This document shows, one piece after another, positions 40,622 to 50,949 of a stretch of 64,000 bases of DNA. The DNA comes from Candidatus Cloacimonadales bacterium. Its GTDB lineage: Bacteria > Cloacimonadota > Cloacimonadia > Cloacimonadales > JAFGVF01. The DNA lies in assembly GCA_963678315.1 (NCBI GenBank), contig OY782781.1, positions 2,752,001 to 2,816,000 of the forward strand, in the 5' to 3' direction. The translations under genes were made by a program, and so were the position numbers. Each line of letters begins with the position of its first letter. Within the stretch, counting starts at the first letter, position 1. The notes beneath the pieces were generated by a model. The model saw only the letters and a program-made list of their open reading frames with translations, made no database searches and was not told the DNA's origin.

Positions 40622-42244
40622 ATGATGGGATTTATACCAAGACCAAAAAATGAACCAATTTTATCTTACGCTCCAGGCAACCCAGAAACAGTTGCATTAA
40701 AAGCAGAATTAGAAAGAATGTCTAATGAGACAATCGAGATTCCTCTTATAATCGGTGGAAAAGAAATCAAAACAGGAAATATGGCGCAAGCAGTTGAGCC
40801 ACATAATCATAAAAACGTATTAGCAAACTATCACCAAGCAGGTGAAAAAGAAGTTAATATGGCAATCGAAGCGGCTTTAGAAGCTAGAAAACAATGGGCA
40901 GCTACACCTTATAAAGTTAGAGCTGGAATTTTCTTAAAAGCTGCTGAGCTTATCTCAGGAAAATACAGAGCAAGAGTTAATGCTGCAACAATGTTAAACC
41001 AATCAAAGAATGCTTTCCAAGCAGAAATTGATTCATGTTGTGAACTTACAGACTTCTTACGTTTCAATGCTAAGTTTATGGAAGACATTTATGAAGCACA
41101 AGAACTTACATCTCCAGTTGGAACATGGAACCAATTAGAATACCGTGGTTTAGAAGGTTTTGTATTTGCTGTTTCTCCATTTAATTTCACAGCTATCGGA
41201 GGTAATTTACCTACATCTCCAGCAATGATGGGTTGTGTTGCTTTATGGAAACCTGCATCAACTTCTGTTTTCTCAAACTATATTATAATGAAGATTTTAG
41301 AAGAAGCTGGTTTACCAGCTGGTGTTATTAACTTTATTCCTGGAAGAGGCTCACAAGTTGGTGATCCAGTAATGGCATCAGAACACTTAGCAGGTATTCA
41401 CTTTACTGGTTCTACTGGTGTATTCCAAGGTATTTGGAAAACTGTTGGTGATAACATTGCAAAATATAGATCATACCCTAGAATCGTTGGTGAAACTGGT
41501 GGTAAAGACTTTATCGTTGCACACAAATCTGCAGATGTTAAAGCTTTAGCTACAGCTACAGTACGTGGTGCTTTCGAATTCCAAGGACAAAAATGTTCAG
41601 CTCTTTCAAGAATATATATTCCTGAATCAATGTATGATGAATGGTTAGAATTATGTAAAAAAGATATGAATTCAATGAAAATGGGTGATGTAAAAGATTT
41701 CTCTAACTTCATTAATGCTGTTATCGATGAAAAGAGCTATGATAAAATCACAACAGAGTACATTGAGCATGCTAAAGCAAGCGCTGATGCTGAAGTTGTT
41801 GCTGGTGGTGAATATGATAAATCAGAAGGTTACTTCATCCGTCCTACAATTATAAGAGCTAAAACAGCAGATTATAAATCAATGGTAGAAGAGATATTCG
41901 GACCAGTACTTACTGTATTCACTTATGCAGACGACAAGTATGAAGAAATTCTTGAAGTATGTGATAAAACATCTATGTATGCTCTTACTGGTGCTCTTTG
42001 GGCACAAGATAGATATGCAATTGAAGTTGGAACAAAAGCATTAGTTCATGCTGCGGGTAACTTCTATATTAATGACAAACCAACAGGTGCTGTTGTTGGT
42101 CAACAACCATTTGGTGGTGGTCGTGCTTCAGGTACAAATGACAAAGCTGGTTCTTACTTAAATCTTATTAGATGGGCTTCAGTTAGAACAATTAAAGAAA
42201 CATTTAACCCACCTACAGATTATAGATATCCTTTCTTAGGATAA
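40622..42244 (+). CDS. pruA: 1-pyrroline-5-carboxylate (glutamate semialdehyde) dehydrogenase
   Basis: NEPILSYAPG, SPFNFTAIG, HFTGST, GETGGKDF, EFQGQKCSA, QQPFGGGRASGTNDKAG. Confidence 0.93.
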   Translation: MMGFIPRPKNEPILSYAPGNPETVALKAELERMSNETIEIPLIIGGKEIKTGNMAQAVEPHNHKNVLANYHQAGEKEVNMAIEAALEARKQWAATPYKVRAGIFLKAAELISGKYRARVNAATMLNQSKNAFQAEIDSCCELTDFLRFNAKFMEDIYEAQELTSPVGTWNQLEYRGLEGFVFAVSPFNFTAIGGNLPTSPAMMGCVALWKPASTSVFSNYIIMKILEEAGLPAGVINFIPGRGSQVGDPVMASEHLAGIHFTGSTGVFQGIWKTVGDNIAKYRSYPRIVGETGGKDFIVAHKSADVKALATATVRGAFEFQGQKCSALSRIYIPESMYDEWLELCKKDMNSMKMGDVKDFSNFINAVIDEKSYDKITTEYIEHAKASADAEVVAGGEYDKSEGYFIRPTIIRAKTADYKSMVEEIFGPVLTVFTYADDKYEEILEVCDKTSMYALTGALWAQDRYAIEVGTKALVHAAGNFYINDKPTGAVVGQQPFGGGRASGTNDKAGSYLNLIRWASVRTIKETFNPPTDYRYPFLG

Positions 42245-42265
42245 TTAATCTAATATAAATTTGTT

Positions 42266-42292
42266 AAGGGACTACGTATTGTAGTCCCTTTT
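42266..42292 (+). terminator. Intrinsic terminator
   Basis: aagggactac-gtatt-gtagtccctttt. Confidence 0.8.
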
Positions 42293-42318
42293 CTAGATTA
42301 TTGAGGTAATAAAAAACT

Positions 42319-42813
42319 ATGCAAATAAGGTCAAATAGATTAGTAATAAGAGATTTAAAGGATAGCGACTTGAAATCATTTATTGAATTACATACATCAA
42401 AAAAAGTAATGCAAATGATTCCGATGAAAACACTTTCTCAAGAAGAATCCATATTTGAGTTTAAGAGAATAATTAAAAACAAGAAAGATTCTAAAGTCAG
42501 GGTTTATGCTATAGAAGAGATTTCCATAGAAACAATGATTGGTACATTTGCCATCATTGATTTAGATGATAACTCATGTGAAATAGGATATCGAATAATC
42601 CCAAAGTATTGGGGCAAGGAATATGCCTCTGAGGCTGTTAAGGTTGTTCTTAATCATTTGAAAAAGAACTTTCATTATATAAAGGTTAAAGCAATTATTG
42701 ACATAAAAAATACCAGGTCTCAGAAAGTCATAGAAAAATTCCTAAAACTAGATAGAAAACAATTTAGTGAGAATAATAAAGCATGGGAGTTTATATATAG
42801 TCTTGAACTATAA
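42319..42813 (+). CDS. GNAT acetyltransferase (RimJ/RimL-like)
   Basis: RLVIR, EIGYRI.PKYWGKEYASEA, NTRSQKVIEK. Confidence 0.85.
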   Translation: MQIRSNRLVIRDLKDSDLKSFIELHTSKKVMQMIPMKTLSQEESIFEFKRIIKNKKDSKVRVYAIEEISIETMIGTFAIIDLDDNSCEIGYRIIPKYWGKEYASEAVKVVLNHLKKNFHYIKVKAIIDIKNTRSQKVIEKFLKLDRKQFSENNKAWEFIYSLEL

Positions 42814-42956
42814 TTGCACTATCAAAATCTAAATTCAACAAAAAAGACATTAGAATAGTTTTTATCTTTACCTACCAATTAATTACAAATTAATAATACT
42901 TGTTTATATGGAACATATAATGCAATTAATAAGATTAAATCAAAATAGGGGGAAAT

Positions 42957-45617
42957 ATGAAAAGATTTTTGATTTGTGTTTTATTTGTTTCATTAGTAGG
43001 ACTTATATTTAGTGTTAATGTTATCGATAACGACAATTTCGTAATGACAGAAGATGTGGAGATTTCCAGCAGTGGGGAAGTTACTTATTCTTATATCCAG
43101 GTGCATGATGGTCTGCAAACTTTAAATGTTAAACGTCGAGATGCAAGTGGGCAAGTAATATCGGCAACTACTTATGAATTTAATCCTCGTAAACTATATT
43201 TTATCAAAGAAAGTTTAGTTACTAGCAATGGTGGTTTTCAAATATTATTTACTGTTGAAAAAGAATATGATGATATGAAATTTCTTAAGTTTTCTGCATC
43301 TTTATATCTAGAAAGTGATATTGATTTTGATTACCGAGTAGCCGGTGTATATAAAGATACAGATAATCTTATTGGGCTTAAAGAAACTGAGGAAAACCTG
43401 TCACATGAGCTTATAATCTTTGATAATGAAACAACTATACTACCTTTCACATGTACTGAAGGTATCTACTTTTTCACCAACAATCATGGAATTAAGAGTT
43501 TCAACGATTATAAATATATCAATGGTCAGCACTCATTAATAAAATTCAATAATGAGGGTGTAGAAGTCATGACTTTGGATTATGAAGAGTATCTAAATAT
43601 TCTTGATTTCGAAGTTGAAGAAGATGGATACGATATTGTTGTTTCTAACCAAATGGGGAATGAATGGAGATTTCATGAGCTTAATAATTCCTTTGAAATT
43701 GAAAGCACAACTATAATCGATAATGATTATTATAGTAATAACTACTATAATCCGTACCCTGGAGCTTTTTTAGAAAATGGTATGTTGACTATTAGTAGCT
43801 ATAATTCTGTTCGTTATCTTAGCATTGCAACTGACACGTGGCAAGAAATTCAAACAGAAAATATATACACAAACACTTTCGAATCTTTAGGCAACAACAA
43901 TTTCATTTACACAAGTATGAATTCTGATATGGATCTTACTATCAGAATGGTTACTCCTTACGAAGATTATTTACTATTTGCTGTAGTTAATGATGACGGC
44001 TATATTTCTTATGACTATAAAATTACACTAAAAGGAGAATATGCAAGTGTTGCATTTATGTCAACTTCTTATAGTACATTTTCTTCTGACCTGGGAGCTG
44101 TAAGAATTGATTTATCTAATTATCCAACGCTTTCAGCTATACAGTATCAATTAGAAACATTTGAGCAAAAGCATATAGATGCTGGTAATCACCAGTTTGT
44201 TCAATATTATGATGATCATGAAATAATTTACTCATACACTGATAATAACACAATTAGAATTCAAAAAACTCAAATCATTAATGATGAAGTTACTGATATC
44301 GAATATGATATTTTAGATTCTCAAGAAACTGAATCCTATTATCACTTTAAAATGGGGATTATCGATGACTATGTAGTTTACTATTACTTAAAAGAATCTA
44401 CTAGTTTCCCTGAAGCCAAATTGATGTATAATTACTATGAAGATGGAATAAAACATTTTGATGAAGATCAGTTTATTGCTTCTAATGTGTCTGATTTAGA
44501 TAGCTACTTTAGTAACATTTGTATCAATAACAACCATATCAACTTTACATTTGTTGATGGCTATACATATTATGGAGATCCATATTTCTTTAATATTGAA
44601 ACAAGCATACTACACCAAGCAGAATTGCCTATAGTTCCAGGATATAGTGAGCAAATGTACCTTCTATATCAAGACAATTTTAATTTAGATTATACAAGAT
44701 TAAGATATGATAGTAACTCTGGGAACCAGGTAAAAATATTTGTTTTAAGTGATGAATTTGAATATGTCCTCTTGTTAGAGGAAGAATTAAGTTCAGATAT
44801 GATAGTTGTCATAAGAGAAGATTACCTAATTTATCAGACACCTACCAGTTTAGTAAAAAGATATGCTAATGGAGATATAACTGAAATTGAAATTCCAGAA
44901 GGACATATAGCTATAAGTTATGATTATAATGAAGATTACATTTTATACACTAATGATAATTTGATTCGTATTTATTCAATTGAAGATATGACATTGGTTC
45001 ACGAGTATTTATGTTCAGAATCTGTTGGAGAAAGAATTCAAGATGCTTATATTGGCTCAGATTCAGTTATTCAATACATTATCCAACAATATCCTACAAA
45101 TTCAGATACATATAGTTTGTCTTATAGAGCTTTCTACAATAATGAAGTTCATGAATCAATCTATTCTCATGATGGATATATTTATCCAATAAGAAATGAA
45201 ACAACACTGGGAAATCCCGACATTATCTTCAACAAATTGTTATTTGGAGAAGAATATGGCATTTCTAATCAGATTTACAGAGATACAAATTATCTATTTA
45301 CTGAAAATACAGAAGAAGAACTGCCTAGTGCTAATACTTGCGTAAAATTATTAGGAAATTATCCTAATCCATTTAATCCTGAGACAAGAATCTCTTTTAA
45401 TGTTTCTGAGCAGAATACACCTGTAGATATTTCTATATACAACATTAAGGGACAAAAAGTTAAAGATATCGTAAAAGATGTTTATTCTAGTGGAAATCAT
45501 TCTGTTGTATGGAATGGTAGCAATGAAAACAACAAGCAAGTATCGTCAGGAATATATTTCTACAAAATTAAAAGTGGAAGATATTCCAAGACAAAGAAAA
45601 TGGTTTTAATGAAATAG
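42957..45617 (+). CDS. Secreted protein with FlgD-Ig/T9SS-like C-terminal domain
   Basis: Signal peptide; C-terminal LLGNYPNPFNPETRISF...IYNIKGQKV...VWNG....VSSGIYFYKI...KMVLMK. Confidence 0.85.
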   Translation: MKRFLICVLFVSLVGLIFSVNVIDNDNFVMTEDVEISSSGEVTYSYIQVHDGLQTLNVKRRDASGQVISATTYEFNPRKLYFIKESLVTSNGGFQILFTVEKEYDDMKFLKFSASLYLESDIDFDYRVAGVYKDTDNLIGLKETEENLSHELIIFDNETTILPFTCTEGIYFFTNNHGIKSFNDYKYINGQHSLIKFNNEGVEVMTLDYEEYLNILDFEVEEDGYDIVVSNQMGNEWRFHELNNSFEIESTTIIDNDYYSNNYYNPYPGAFLENGMLTISSYNSVRYLSIATDTWQEIQTENIYTNTFESLGNNNFIYTSMNSDMDLTIRMVTPYEDYLLFAVVNDDGYISYDYKITLKGEYASVAFMSTSYSTFSSDLGAVRIDLSNYPTLSAIQYQLETFEQKHIDAGNHQFVQYYDDHEIIYSYTDNNTIRIQKTQIINDEVTDIEYDILDSQETESYYHFKMGIIDDYVVYYYLKESTSFPEAKLMYNYYEDGIKHFDEDQFIASNVSDLDSYFSNICINNNHINFTFVDGYTYYGDPYFFNIETSILHQAELPIVPGYSEQMYLLYQDNFNLDYTRLRYDSNSGNQVKIFVLSDEFEYVLLLEEELSSDMIVVIREDYLIYQTPTSLVKRYANGDITEIEIPEGHIAISYDYNEDYILYTNDNLIRIYSIEDMTLVHEYLCSESVGERIQDAYIGSDSVIQYIIQQYPTNSDTYSLSYRAFYNNEVHESIYSHDGYIYPIRNETTLGNPDIIFNKLLFGEEYGISNQIYRDTNYLFTENTEEELPSANTCVKLLGNYPNPFNPETRISFNVSEQNTPVDISIYNIKGQKVKDIVKDVYSSGNHSVVWNGSNENNKQVSSGIYFYKIKSGRYSKTKKMVLMK

Positions 45618-45910
45618 ATTGCTTGCACTAAGTATAAATTGATTAAGGGAGCAAATACAGCTCCCTTAAGACTTTTGACAAAAGGCTTATGTAGAAAATT
45701 ATTACTGCTAAACATGAATATTTAGTATTTTGATATTCGACATATCTTAGTTTAACTAACCTATTGTCGATTTATTTTTGTAAAAATAAAGCAAAAACAC
45801 AGAGTCTTGATTTTGTCAAGACTCTGTCCCTTTCTTCATTATAAAAAATAGATAGACATAATAAAGCAACAATTATAATTATATCTTGAATAAGAAGATA
45901 AAGGAAAATT

Positions 45911-46639
45911 ATGAGTAAAGCATGTTTATATATAGTTGCAACCCCAATAGGTAATTGGGACGATATCACCCTTAGAGCACTAAAAGTTCTTAAAGAAGTA
46001 GATTTTGTAATCTGCGAAGAAAGAAAAGTTGGTAGTAGATTACTACGCTATTATGAAATAAAACAAGAAGTAATGCTATTGAATGAACATTCAACATCAG
46101 GTGACATGGAAGAAATATTCAATAAACTATTTCTAGAAGGAAAAACTGCAGCCTTAATATCTGATGCTGGAACTCCACTATTTGCAGACCCAGGTAACAG
46201 ACTTGTCTACAAATGTAATGACAATGGGATTCAAGTTAAACCTGTTCCTGGAGCTTCATCTTTGATGGCTATGTTAATGATTTCAGGACTTAAACTAAAT
46301 AGCTTCCAATATTGTGGATTCCTACCAGCCAATAGAGAAGAAAGGGGTAATGCTTTAAGAAGATATCAAAAACTAACAAATTTAGATCTTGTATTTCTTG
46401 AAGCACCTTACAGACTAAAACAGATTTTGCGTGATATGGAAGTAGTTCTAGGTGCTAATAGAAAGATTATGCTTGGATATAAATTAACTCAAGAGGAAGA
46501 GAAATTCTTTGAAGGAACTATTTCAGAAATGAGAATAATGACTTCAGAACTTCCCAAAGGTGAGTTTGTAGTAGTTCTACCATCTAATAAGGATTCTTTC
46601 TACAAGAGACCTAACGGTACATTTTTCAAGAAAAAATAA
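45911..46639 (+). CDS. rsmI: 16S rRNA (C1402-2'-O)-methyltransferase
   Basis: LYIVATPIGNWDDITLRAL, ISDAGTP..ADPG, PVPGAS, EAPYRL, KGEFVV. Confidence 0.92.
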   Translation: MSKACLYIVATPIGNWDDITLRALKVLKEVDFVICEERKVGSRLLRYYEIKQEVMLLNEHSTSGDMEEIFNKLFLEGKTAALISDAGTPLFADPGNRLVYKCNDNGIQVKPVPGASSLMAMLMISGLKLNSFQYCGFLPANREERGNALRRYQKLTNLDLVFLEAPYRLKQILRDMEVVLGANRKIMLGYKLTQEEEKFFEGTISEMRIMTSELPKGEFVVVLPSNKDSFYKRPNGTFFKKK

Positions 46640-46641
46640 CT

Positions 46642-47394
46642 ATGACTGTTCCTTATAAGATACTGTGCAGAGGTATATTCAAAGAAAATGACATTCTTAT
46701 GAGAGATACACTAATTAGAAAGAGTTATTCTCATGAAGTAAACTTGTTGATTGAGCAATCTTGGAAAGACGTGAGCTCCAACTCTGAGGTATTTATTTTT
46801 AACGGTAAAGTTAGCTGTTTGGATTCTTGGGAGTTAGTAAAGGACACTTTAACTGTTAACTATTGTGAGAGTGATTACAAGTCCTATTATGGAACGAACA
46901 TCAAAAATATTAACAAGATATCTGATAAAAATAGCCTAGCTAATACTCTAGCTGTGTGTAGTGTTGTTGAGACTGTAGATAAAAAGATAATTGTAGGTAA
47001 GCGAGGGAAACATCTTGCAGAAGGAAGAGCTCTTTGGCATGTACCTGGGGGAACCTTAGAATACTATCCTGAAAGAATAAATCACCCTTTTGAAGTGATG
47101 AAACGAGAACTTGTTGAAGAGTTAAATTTACATGAAATACATGATATGATTTGTTTAGGTTTTGGAGAAAATCTAAGCCTAAACAAGCCAGAATTTCTTC
47201 TTTATACAAAAACTAAACTTACCTCAAAAGAGATAGAAAGAGAAATAAGTAAGGCTTCTGACTATGATGAACACTCTGAAATAAGATTTATAGATATTAA
47301 AGAGATAAATGGTTTCATACAGAAACACATTTTCACAGAAATTGGACAAGCTGTTCTTTCACTATATCTAGAACATATTGAGATAAAAGACTAA
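46642..47394 (+). CDS. NUDIX-like hydrolase
   Basis: WHVPGGTLE...MKRELVEELNL Nudix-like box. Confidence 0.7.
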   Translation: MTVPYKILCRGIFKENDILMRDTLIRKSYSHEVNLLIEQSWKDVSSNSEVFIFNGKVSCLDSWELVKDTLTVNYCESDYKSYYGTNIKNINKISDKNSLANTLAVCSVVETVDKKIIVGKRGKHLAEGRALWHVPGGTLEYYPERINHPFEVMKRELVEELNLHEIHDMICLGFGENLSLNKPEFLLYTKTKLTSKEIEREISKASDYDEHSEIRFIDIKEINGFIQKHIFTEIGQAVLSLYLEHIEIKD

Positions 47395-49514
47395 TGATTA
47401 AAAATATAGAAGCTAATTTAAATTATTCATATAAGCAAATTGAGACGGTCATTAAACTAACAGAAGAGGGATATACTGTCCCTTTCATAGCACGTTACAG
47501 AAAAGAGTTAACCAATAATTTATCTGAACTAGACATTCAAGCAATCTTGCAAGAACATTCAAGACTAACAAATCTAGAAGAGAGAAAACAAGAAATACTG
47601 AGTATTCTCACTGAACGCAATATTCTAAACAAAAATATTGAACAGAACATAAAGGATTGTGATAAGTTAGTACAGTTAGAAGAACTTTATAAACCATATA
47701 AGAAGAAGCAGAAAACCAAAGCAACTATTGCAAGAGAGCAAGGTTTAGAAGAAGTTGCTGATGGAATGCTTCACTTTAGAGAAAGAAGAAAAGCTGACTT
47801 CAGTAAGTTTGTGGGTAAAAAGTTTTCATCTCAAGAGGAAGTTCTGGAAAATGCAAGTCATATACTTATTGAAGACTTTACGAACAACTTATACTTAAGA
47901 AATGCTCTAAAAGAATATTTTTCTAATAAAGGTTTCATTAATACTACATTGAATAAAGCTGAGCTAGACCCTGATAAAGTTTTCAAGAATTATTATGATT
48001 TTCACAAACCCCTTAAATATTTAGAACCATTTCAGATATTGGCAATTAATCGTGGCATTAAGCAAAAGATTCTAAAAAGCACTGTTGATATTGATATTGA
48101 TTTAGTATATAAATCTGAACGTATATTAAGAATTAGAGACAATTTAGCTTATTATCCTGAATTAGTTACTTCAGTAAGAAAAGCTTATAATAGTAACTTA
48201 AAACCTTCACTTATTAGAGAAATTTGGAATGAACTAACAGACAAAGCAGAAAAACGTGCAACAAAGGTTTTCACAAATAATCTTAGAGCTATTCTGTTAA
48301 AAAAGCCTCTCAAAACTAAGGCTGTAATTGGACTTGATCCAGGCTTTAGAACAGGCTGTAAAGTCGCTGTTGTTGATAAAGATGGTAACTACTTAGCTCA
48401 TGATGTAATTTATCCTGTTCCACCTCATAACAAGATTAATGAAGCACAAGGTAAGTTAGTTAAATTTATAGATAGATATAATGTTGATGTAATAGCTATC
48501 GGTGATGGAACTGCATCCTATGAAACTACAACTTTTGTTTCAGAGACTATATCAAAATACAAGCTGAATTGTAGATTCACTGTGATATCTGAATCAGGAG
48601 CATCTGTATATTCAGCTTCTAAAAAGGCAGTAGAAGAATTTCCTAATCTGGATTTAACTATTAGAAGTGCTATCAGTATTGCTAGAAGAGTTCAATCATT
48701 TCTTGATGAAGTAATTAAGATTCCACCTGAATCAATAGGGGTTGGCATGTATCAACATGATATTACTCCAAAACTTTTAAAAGAATCATTAGCTTTCGAA
48801 GTTAACTCAGTTGTTCATCATGTGGGAGTAGATATAAACAAGGCATCAAGTTATTTATTAGAACACATCTCAGGTATCTCTGCTTCAGTTGCAAAGAACA
48901 TAGTTGAGTATCGCCATTCTAAGAAACGCTTTTCTAACAGAAAAGAACTGATGGATGTTAAAGGCTTTGGAAAAAAAGCTTTTGAACTTGCTTCGGGTTT
49001 CTGTAGAGTTGCTGATTCTACAAACCCTTTAGATAATACTATCATTCATCCTGATAAATACCCTGTGACGAGTAAACTATTAAGAGAACTTGGTTATTCT
49101 AAGCAATTAGCTCATACCAGTTTGCAAGATATAAAGAGTTTTCTAAAGCAATTTGACATTAATAAGATTAGTTTAAAAGATATTTCAAAAAATGATATTG
49201 ACTTTATCTTATCAGCTATTTTAAATAGAGACATAGACCCTAGAGAATCACTTGCTGATGTTAGCTTGTTATCAAGTGTTCCTACAATCGAAGATTTTGT
49301 TCCAAACTCAGTTTGGGATGGAGAAGTTAAAAACGTAACTGATTTCGGTATTTTTGTTAATTTAGGAATAAAAGTTGATGGACTAATTCACGTTTCAAGG
49401 TTTCCATCAAAAAAGATCATGTTTTCTGAGTATTCACCTGGAGAAAAGGTTACTGTCATAGTAGAAGATGTTGATATAGAAAGAAAGAGAATTCAATTAA
49501 AGCTTAAAGATTAG
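47394..49514 (+). CDS. tex: Tex-family RNA-binding transcription accessory protein
   Basis: TVPFIARYRKE, GLDPGFRTGCK, ESGASVYSAS, IGVGMYQHD, C-terminal S1. Confidence 0.93.
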   Translation: MIKNIEANLNYSYKQIETVIKLTEEGYTVPFIARYRKELTNNLSELDIQAILQEHSRLTNLEERKQEILSILTERNILNKNIEQNIKDCDKLVQLEELYKPYKKKQKTKATIAREQGLEEVADGMLHFRERRKADFSKFVGKKFSSQEEVLENASHILIEDFTNNLYLRNALKEYFSNKGFINTTLNKAELDPDKVFKNYYDFHKPLKYLEPFQILAINRGIKQKILKSTVDIDIDLVYKSERILRIRDNLAYYPELVTSVRKAYNSNLKPSLIREIWNELTDKAEKRATKVFTNNLRAILLKKPLKTKAVIGLDPGFRTGCKVAVVDKDGNYLAHDVIYPVPPHNKINEAQGKLVKFIDRYNVDVIAIGDGTASYETTTFVSETISKYKLNCRFTVISESGASVYSASKKAVEEFPNLDLTIRSAISIARRVQSFLDEVIKIPPESIGVGMYQHDITPKLLKESLAFEVNSVVHHVGVDINKASSYLLEHISGISASVAKNIVEYRHSKKRFSNRKELMDVKGFGKKAFELASGFCRVADSTNPLDNTIIHPDKYPVTSKLLRELGYSKQLAHTSLQDIKSFLKQFDINKISLKDISKNDIDFILSAILNRDIDPRESLADVSLLSSVPTIEDFVPNSVWDGEVKNVTDFGIFVNLGIKVDGLIHVSRFPSKKIMFSEYSPGEKVTVIVEDVDIERKRIQLKLKD

Positions 49515-49525
49515 TTGGAGGAAGT

Positions 49526-50242
49526 ATGGATTTTAAGAAACATTATGATATAGACGCTAGAGTGTTTGACTACTTTGGTCAAGAACAGCTGTCAGAGAAT
49601 GAACGAAGAAGGAACTACATAGTGTTCAAGAACTTTCCAGTTAAACAGGGAGAAAAGATCCTTGAAATAGGCTCTGGGAGAGGCTGGTTCTCATTGGAGA
49701 TGGCTAAACTAGGACATGATATTACAGCTGTAGATTTATCACAAGATAACCTAGATAAGATTAGTAGTCAGTCTGCAAGAGTTAGAACAGTGTACGGTTC
49801 AGCTGATGATTTACCTTTTACTGAAGAGAGATTTGATTGGATAGTAATGAATGAAGTTTTAGAGCATTTAGAAAAGCCTAAAGAAGTGCTAGAACATATC
49901 AGAAGTTTTCTAAAACCTTTAGGTAAAGTATTTATATCGGTTCCTTATGATGAAAAGATTGTTCAAGAATTATGTATTCATTGTCATCTGTTAACTCCTA
50001 GGAACGCTCATTTACATTCTTTCTCAGAAGAATCACTAACTAAATTAGCCAAAGATAGTGAATATATTGTCCTTAGAACATTCAAGTATTTAAGCAAGAT
50101 CTTTACTAGAACAGGATTAATCAAGGTCGTTAAGTTTCTACCTGATTCTTTATTTTACTTGAAAGACCAAATATCTTGTGAGCTATTTAGGAAACCTGAA
50201 TACATAACTATAATTATACAAGCTAAAAAGAAGGAGATTTAA
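49526..50242 (+). CDS. Class I SAM-dependent methyltransferase
   Basis: ILEIGSGRG, AVDLS, LPF..FD, EVLEHLEKP. Confidence 0.85.
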   Translation: MDFKKHYDIDARVFDYFGQEQLSENERRRNYIVFKNFPVKQGEKILEIGSGRGWFSLEMAKLGHDITAVDLSQDNLDKISSQSARVRTVYGSADDLPFTEERFDWIVMNEVLEHLEKPKEVLEHIRSFLKPLGKVFISVPYDEKIVQELCIHCHLLTPRNAHLHSFSEESLTKLAKDSEYIVLRTFKYLSKIFTRTGLIKVVKFLPDSLFYLKDQISCELFRKPEYITIIIQAKKKEI

Positions 50243-50245
50243 TAA

Positions 50246-50656
50246 ATGCAAGGAAATGTAATATTTTATGATGTGAGTAGTAGTTCTGGATTTATCTCTG
50301 GTGACGATGGAGTAAGATACTCTTTTGTAAGACAACAATGGCTTGGACAAGCTGAGCCATACCAACATGCAAGGGTTGATTTTAAAGCTGATGGAGATAG
50401 AGCTGAAGACATCATCTTAATGAATAATTATACTGTCAGAAGTGATACTTCAAGAGACTGGTTAACAACTCTTTTGTTATGTATTTTCTTAGGTCAATTA
50501 GGTATTCATCGCTTCTACACTAATCACATTGCAATTGGGATTCTACAATTCTTAACCTTGGGTGGTTGTGGTATATGGTGGTTAATTGACATTATACTGA
50601 TTGTAACAGATTCATACAGAGATTATGAAGGCAACCCACTTGTTAGGAAATTATAG
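50246..50656 (+). CDS. TM2-domain protein with N-terminal cold-shock-like OB domain
   Basis: MQGNVIFYD...GFISGDDGVRYSF; LLCIFLGQLGIHRFY...LTLGGCGIWWLID. Confidence 0.8.
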   Translation: MQGNVIFYDVSSSSGFISGDDGVRYSFVRQQWLGQAEPYQHARVDFKADGDRAEDIILMNNYTVRSDTSRDWLTTLLLCIFLGQLGIHRFYTNHIAIGILQFLTLGGCGIWWLIDIILIVTDSYRDYEGNPLVRKL

Positions 50657-50948
50657 TAAAGCTAAGCACATTATTGTGATATGTATTCTGCTAGCTATAC
50701 CAATTATATTTATAAGCCTTACAGCTAAAACAGTAGAAAATGGTCCTATAATATGTATATACAAGAATTTAACAGGTAGAGATTGTCCTGGTTGTGGATT
50801 GACTAGGGCAATTACTTCTGTTTTTCACTTACAATTTAAACAAGCCTACCAGTATAATTGGAAGATAGTTCTTGTTTTTCCTTTATTAGCTTATTTATGG
50901 ATTAAGTACTTTCTTCGTTCAATAATGATTTTAATTAGTAAGAAGTAG
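50625..50948 (+). CDS. DUF2752-family membrane protein
   Basis: CIYKNLTGRDCPGCGLTRA...AYQYN; start uncertain. Confidence 0.8.
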   Translation: MKATHLLGNYSKAKHIIVICILLAIPIIFISLTAKTVENGPIICIYKNLTGRDCPGCGLTRAITSVFHLQFKQAYQYNWKIVLVFPLLAYLWIKYFLRSIMILISKK

Positions 50949-50949
50949 T

